A DNA stretch of 64,000 nucleotides from an uncultured delta proteobacterium (GTDB taxonomy: Bacteria > Myxococcota_A > Polyangia > Polyangiales > Houyiibacteriaceae), in assembly GCA_963699755.1 (NCBI GenBank), contig CAVOVB010000001.1:96001-160000 (forward strand), written 5' to 3'. Below the pieces are notes generated by a model. That model had not been told where the DNA came from, made no database searches, and saw only the letters and a list, made by a program, of their open reading frames with translations. Below, piece after piece: positions 59,658 through 64,000 of this stretch. Made by a program: the position numbers and the translations under genes. Each line of letters opens with the position of its first letter. Positions within the stretch are counted from its first letter, which is position 1.

Positions 59658-60149
59658 CTACTTCTCTAGCTGCTCGGGGGGATTCTGTTTTTGGACCGCC
59701 TCTACGACCTCCCCTTCCACATCAATCACCTCTTGGGGACGACGGGGCCCGCCGTTGTAGCCAGGCGCGTACACTTGGACGCGACCCGCTGCGATTTGCC
59801 GCTCGAACCAACTGCGCACGAACCCCGCGATGACCCTGCGCGTCGGGGGCATCACCATCGAAAGTCCGGCAATGTCGGTCAGGATACCGGGGGTGATCAG
59901 CATCAAGCCGCCGATGAAAATCAGCAAGCCATCGATGACCCCGTCTTTGGGAACCTCTTGTCGCGCCATTGCGTCTTGCCAGCGACGGATCACACGGGCG
60001 CCCTCGAGGCGAGCAAACCACGCTCCGACCAGGCCCGTCATCACCACCAGGCCGATCGTCGCGACCGGTCCGAGGGTGCGGCCGATGGCGATCAAGAGGT
60101 AGAGCTCGACCAAGGGAACGACGGTGAATAAGAGAAAAAGACGGCCCAC
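59658..60149 (-). CDS. fxsA: FxsA family membrane protein
   Basis: VPLVELYLLI, GGLMLITPGILTD. Confidence 0.88.
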   Translation of the reverse strand: MGRLFLLFTVVPLVELYLLIAIGRTLGPVATIGLVVMTGLVGAWFARLEGARVIRRWQDAMARQEVPKDGVIDGLLIFIGGLMLITPGILTDIAGLSMVMPPTRRVIAGFVRSWFERQIAAGRVQVYAPGYNGGPRRPQEVIDVEGEVVEAVQKQNPPEQLEK

Positions 60150-60264
60150 CGAATGAACCTAGGTCGTATCTCGAAGCTGCGCTACCCTAGCTGGCGCGCT
60201 TCGCTTGGCGTCCCCGTCGTTCTGCCGTACACCCGGCGGCATGAATACGGCGGTGGAAGGCTCG

Positions 60265-61245
60265 ATGAGCCCGAAATGGGGACTGCGTTGCCTCTTGGGT
60301 GGCGTGCTGATGGGGCTTGCAAATCTCGTACCGGGGATCAGTGGCGGCACGATGTTGCTCGCGGCTGGCGTCTATCCTCGCTTCATTCAGGCGCTGGCCG
60401 AGCTGAGCGGGCTTCGGTTTCGAAAGAGCTCGCTTCTCGTCTTGGGGCTGGTGGGTATCGCTGCAATGGCGGCGATCCTCCTCGGTGCCGGCCCGGTCAA
60501 AGATGCCGTCGTCCAGCATCGCTGGGCGATGTACAGCTTGTTCATTGGCCTGACGCTCGGCGGGGTTCCGGTGCTCTGGCAAATGGCTCGGCCCGCGACC
60601 AGTGCGTTCTCGGCCGCAATGGTGGCAGGTCTGCTCGTCATGGCAGCGCTCGCGTGGCTTCAATTCGGAGGCGCGAGCTCCGGAGCGAGCCGGGAGGGCG
60701 TCGTCATGATGTTCATCGCCGGAGTGGCCGGCGCGAGTGCGATGATCTTGCCCGGTGTGAGCGGCGGCTATCTCCTCTTAGTGATCGGGGTCTACGTTCC
60801 TATCCTGAGCGCGATCGATGCGCTCAAAGAGGCACTCAAGTCGGGCGACCTCGCGAGCGCCTCCGAACCGTTCATCGGGGTCGCGCTTCCCCTCGGCATC
60901 GGCGTGGCCATCGGCATCCTCTTGATCAGCAACCTGATCAAGATGGTGCTCGAACGCTACGAGCAGCCGACTTTGGGCGTGCTCATGGGCCTGCTCGTCG
61001 GTGCCGTATTCGGCTTGTGGCCGTTCCAGGAAGGCGTCCCGCCGAAAGTCGGCGAGGTGTTCAAGGGGCAGATTCTGACCGCCGAGCGGCTCGCCGACCT
61101 GACAGCGGACAAGTTTCCAACCGAGTTCTATACGCCAAGCTTCAATGACATGATGATGTCCGCCGGTTTGATCGGCATGGGCTACTTGATCACCACACTG
61201 GTCGCCCGGGTGGGCGGGGCGAAGCCGAAACGAGATCAATCGTAG
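60265..61245 (+). CDS. DUF368 family membrane protein
   Basis: MGLANLVPGISGGT and AMILPGVSG. Start may be 60241. Confidence 0.88.
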   Translation: MSPKWGLRCLLGGVLMGLANLVPGISGGTMLLAAGVYPRFIQALAELSGLRFRKSSLLVLGLVGIAAMAAILLGAGPVKDAVVQHRWAMYSLFIGLTLGGVPVLWQMARPATSAFSAAMVAGLLVMAALAWLQFGGASSGASREGVVMMFIAGVAGASAMILPGVSGGYLLLVIGVYVPILSAIDALKEALKSGDLASASEPFIGVALPLGIGVAIGILLISNLIKMVLERYEQPTLGVLMGLLVGAVFGLWPFQEGVPPKVGEVFKGQILTAERLADLTADKFPTEFYTPSFNDMMMSAGLIGMGYLITTLVARVGGAKPKRDQS

Positions 61246-63026
61246 AGCGATTCGATCGCGTCGTTGTACCGCTGAAGCACGACACGGCGCTTGAGCTTGA
61301 GCGTGGGGGTGAGCATGCCGTTGTCGGTGGTGAAGTCCTCCTCACCGATGAAGAGCTTGCGAGCCTTTTCATAACCTTTGAACTCGGCGGAGAACTTGGC
61401 GACCTCCTGCTCGACCAAGGCGCGAACGTCCTCGTTCTTGGCCAAGGACGCAGGATCGGGGTCGAGTCCCTTTTCGGCGGCCCAGGCTTTGAGCACCTCG
61501 TAGTCCGGTATGACGACGGCCACGTTGAACTCGCGGTTCATGCCGTAGACCATGACATTCGAGATATACGGTGAAAGCTTGATCTTCTCTTCAAGCGGCG
61601 TCGGAACGACGTACTTTCCGTTGAGCAGCTTGTACTGCTCCTTCACGCGGCCGGTGATGTGCAAAAACCCCTCGTCATCGACGAAACCCAAGTCCCCCGA
61701 ACGGAACCCGCGCTTTCCATTTCTCTCGACGAAAACTTCGGCGTTGGCTTTGTCGAGGTTGTGATAGCCCTCCATGATGTTGTGACCGAAGATGAGAACT
61801 TCGCCCTGGACTGGATCGTCGGTCGCCGATACGTCGATCTCGATTTCGACACCGGGAATCGGCTTACCGACCGAGCCGATTTTTCGCCCCCCCGGATAGT
61901 TCGCCGTCGCGATCGGGGAAGTCTCGCTGAGTCCGTAGCCCTCGTAGACGGTGATCCCGAGGTTGTCGATGAACTCCGCAACCTCCTTGGAGATCGCTGC
62001 ACCACCGCTGAACGCGTACTTGAGTCGACCCCCGAAACGCTCGCGGACCTTCGAAAAGACGAGGGCATCGAGGACCTTGAATTTGAAATCGAGCCATCGG
62101 CTGCTCTTGCCCTGAGCCGCCAATCGCTTTCGCGCCGCGGCCGTTTCCAGCGCCGCCTCGAAGAGCTTCTTCTTGAGCCCACCTTCTTCGGCCATACGCG
62201 CGTGGAGGCCGTCGTAGATGCGGTTGAACACCCGGGGGACGCTGATGAACAAAGTGGGTTTCACCTCCCCGAGGTTGGCGATGATCTTGTCGACCGCCTC
62301 GGCAAGTCCGATGGACCCGCCCATCGACAGCAAGCCGTGTAGCTCCACCGTCTGTCCGAACGAATGCGCCCAGGGTAGGAAGCAGAGCGAACGGTCGTCG
62401 GGCTCCATCGGCAAGAGCACATGCATCGCGCTGACGTTGTAGGCGAGGTTCCGATGCGTGAGGCGTACGCCCTTTGGCTCGCCGGTCGTGCCGGAGGTGT
62501 AAATGAAGTCCGCGATGGCATCGGGGCCTGGGTCGACCAGGTCGGAGGGCGGGTAGTCCAGCAAGTCTGCAAAAGCACGCTCGCCGCCCTTCGGCGTACC
62601 CGAGAAGACGATGACCTCCTTGAGGTCCGGGAGCGCATCGCGAAAGTTTCGAACGCGCTCTGCGATCTGCTCGTTGGCGACGAACAGCACCTTTGCGCCA
62701 CAGTCCTTGAGGATGTGCTTCCAGTCCTTGTCGAGCTGCGACTCGTACATCGCGACATAGGCGGCACCGACCCCGTAGGACGCGTACGCGCCCATTGCCC
62801 ATTCGGGGCTGTTGTTCGCAATCACCGCGACGCGATCCCCGGCATGAACGCCGAGAGTTGCGAGCGCCGTTCGCAAGCGCCGCGTGCGATCGCCCCACTC
62901 CCGGTAGGTCATCCATTGCCACTGACCATTGCGTTTGACGCCAAAGAGCGCTCTGTCCCCAAACTTCTCGACGGAGTGGTTGAAGACTTGGACAAGGCTT
63001 TCGAACTTGGGCTTGAATTCCGGCAT
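61236..63026 (-). CDS. Long-chain fatty acid-CoA ligase (paralog 3)
   Basis: IYTSGTTGEPKG, EGYGLSE, RSGDLG, GRVKEQYKL.NGK. Confidence 0.92.
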   Translation of the reverse strand: MPEFKPKFESLVQVFNHSVEKFGDRALFGVKRNGQWQWMTYREWGDRTRRLRTALATLGVHAGDRVAVIANNSPEWAMGAYASYGVGAAYVAMYESQLDKDWKHILKDCGAKVLFVANEQIAERVRNFRDALPDLKEVIVFSGTPKGGERAFADLLDYPPSDLVDPGPDAIADFIYTSGTTGEPKGVRLTHRNLAYNVSAMHVLLPMEPDDRSLCFLPWAHSFGQTVELHGLLSMGGSIGLAEAVDKIIANLGEVKPTLFISVPRVFNRIYDGLHARMAEEGGLKKKLFEAALETAAARKRLAAQGKSSRWLDFKFKVLDALVFSKVRERFGGRLKYAFSGGAAISKEVAEFIDNLGITVYEGYGLSETSPIATANYPGGRKIGSVGKPIPGVEIEIDVSATDDPVQGEVLIFGHNIMEGYHNLDKANAEVFVERNGKRGFRSGDLGFVDDEGFLHITGRVKEQYKLLNGKYVVPTPLEEKIKLSPYISNVMVYGMNREFNVAVVIPDYEVLKAWAAEKGLDPDPASLAKNEDVRALVEQEVAKFSAEFKGYEKARKLFIGEEDFTTDNGMLTPTLKLKRRVVLQRYNDAIESLYD

Positions 63027-63108
63027 GGCGGCGGATGCTACCAAACCTGATACCCCGATCAAGGCTCCGCCGAGTCCATGATTCGCGTCGCCCACGGGGC
63101 TGCGCTCC

Positions 63109-64000
63109 TCAGTTGCTGAGGAGCTCGTCGCACTCGGCACTGATGTAGCCAAGCGCCACCAGCTGACGACAAAGCTCAGGGGTCATTTCCTGCCTTTCCT
63201 GAGTCAATCCAGGGGCCTTCTTGGCTGAGGAGCCAATGGTCGCGGCCAACCAGCGCCCTCGATCCTCCGCCCCGAGGAATTGCCCGTGGAGCACGCGGAG
63301 GTAGCGCTGGGCAATGGGTTGGCGGCTGCCGTCGAGCTCCTGTTTCTCCCAGTAGTCGTTCTCGAGGTCGAACATGACCTGACTCAGGTCGCCTCGGATG
63401 ATCATCTTCCAATCGCCTCCGCGAATCACACGGCGATGATCGAGGAAATCGCTAAAGGCGACGTAAGGGCCGGCGGGCCAATCGCCCAGCATGAAGCCGA
63501 GCAGGCTTCGACCCTCGAAGGCTTCGGGGACGGGCACGCCCGAGGCTTCCAAGACCGTCGGCCCGATGTCTATCGTGCCGACGACTGGACCGATGCGCGT
63601 GTCTGCCGGGATGACGCCGGGCCAGCGGAACATCAGCGGCACGTTGAGGAGCTCCTGGTAGACCGAGTGCCCATGGCCCCAGGAGCCATGCTCTTGAAAC
63701 TCCTCGCCGTGGTCCGAGGTCACGACGACGATGGTGTTTTGATCGAGACCGAGCTCATGGAGCTTCGCCAAGAACCTCCCGAAGTACTCGTCGTGGTAGC
63801 TGATCTCGCCATCGTGCAGCGCTTCGATTCGCTCCTTGTCGCGCTCGGTGAAGGTGTACTTCCCCGGGTTCTTCTTCGCGTCATCGAGCATCAGGTGTGT
63901 TTGGCGATTCTTCACTTGCCCGTTGTAGGGCCGAGAGTCGTACATCTCGAGGAACTCGGCGGGCGGGTCGTACGGCACGTGTGGATCGATCGTCTGAATG
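63109..64000 (-). CDS. Sulfatase family protein, 5'-truncated by the window edge
   Basis: DPHVPY, DGEISYHD, VTSDHGEEF.EHG..GHG. Confidence 0.88.
   Translation of the reverse strand, partial: IQTIDPHVPYDPPAEFLEMYDSRPYNGQVKNRQTHLMLDDAKKNPGKYTFTERDKERIEALHDGEISYHDEYFGRFLAKLHELGLDQNTIVVVTSDHGEEFQEHGSWGHGHSVYQELLNVPLMFRWPGVIPADTRIGPVVGTIDIGPTVLEASGVPVPEAFEGRSLLGFMLGDWPAGPYVAFSDFLDHRRVIRGGDWKMIIRGDLSQVMFDLENDYWEKQELDGSRQPIAQRYLRVLHGQFLGAEDRGRWLAATIGSSAKKAPGLTQERQEMTPELCRQLVALGYISAECDELLSN

Overview
High-GC bacterial chromosomal window, most likely from Myxococcota (Polyangiales-like), judged from two MYXO-CTERM-type C-terminal tails, an AgmX/GltJ-like protein, a Cys-rich vWA lipoprotein and sigma-54 motifs. 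Most of it is housekeeping and lipid metabolism: hpt, comM-recA, tadA, four tRNA-Ser genes, tRNA-Arg(ACG), SRP RNA, fbaB, three long-chain acyl-CoA ligases, a thiolase/FabG4/MaoC trio, queE, prlC, prfC, pip and ettA. The standout is a ~10.75 kb element (29695-40465) integrated in the 3' end of tRNA-Ser(TGA) and bounded by a perfect 24-bp direct repeat. All its genes lie on the + strand: AEP primase, VapE/VirE helicase, a candidate iteron origin, a repeat-rich beta-propeller cargo protein, a lambda cosQ-like motif, a lone prohead-protease/major-capsid fusion, RHH and XRE regulators, an excisionase and a tyrosine integrase. I recognise no terminase, portal, tail or lysis gene. It looks like a capsid-encoding, helper-dependent phage satellite. 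All family assignments come from motif recognition by eye, not database searches. Several start codons were moved from the ORF track using RBS and gene-overlap logic.
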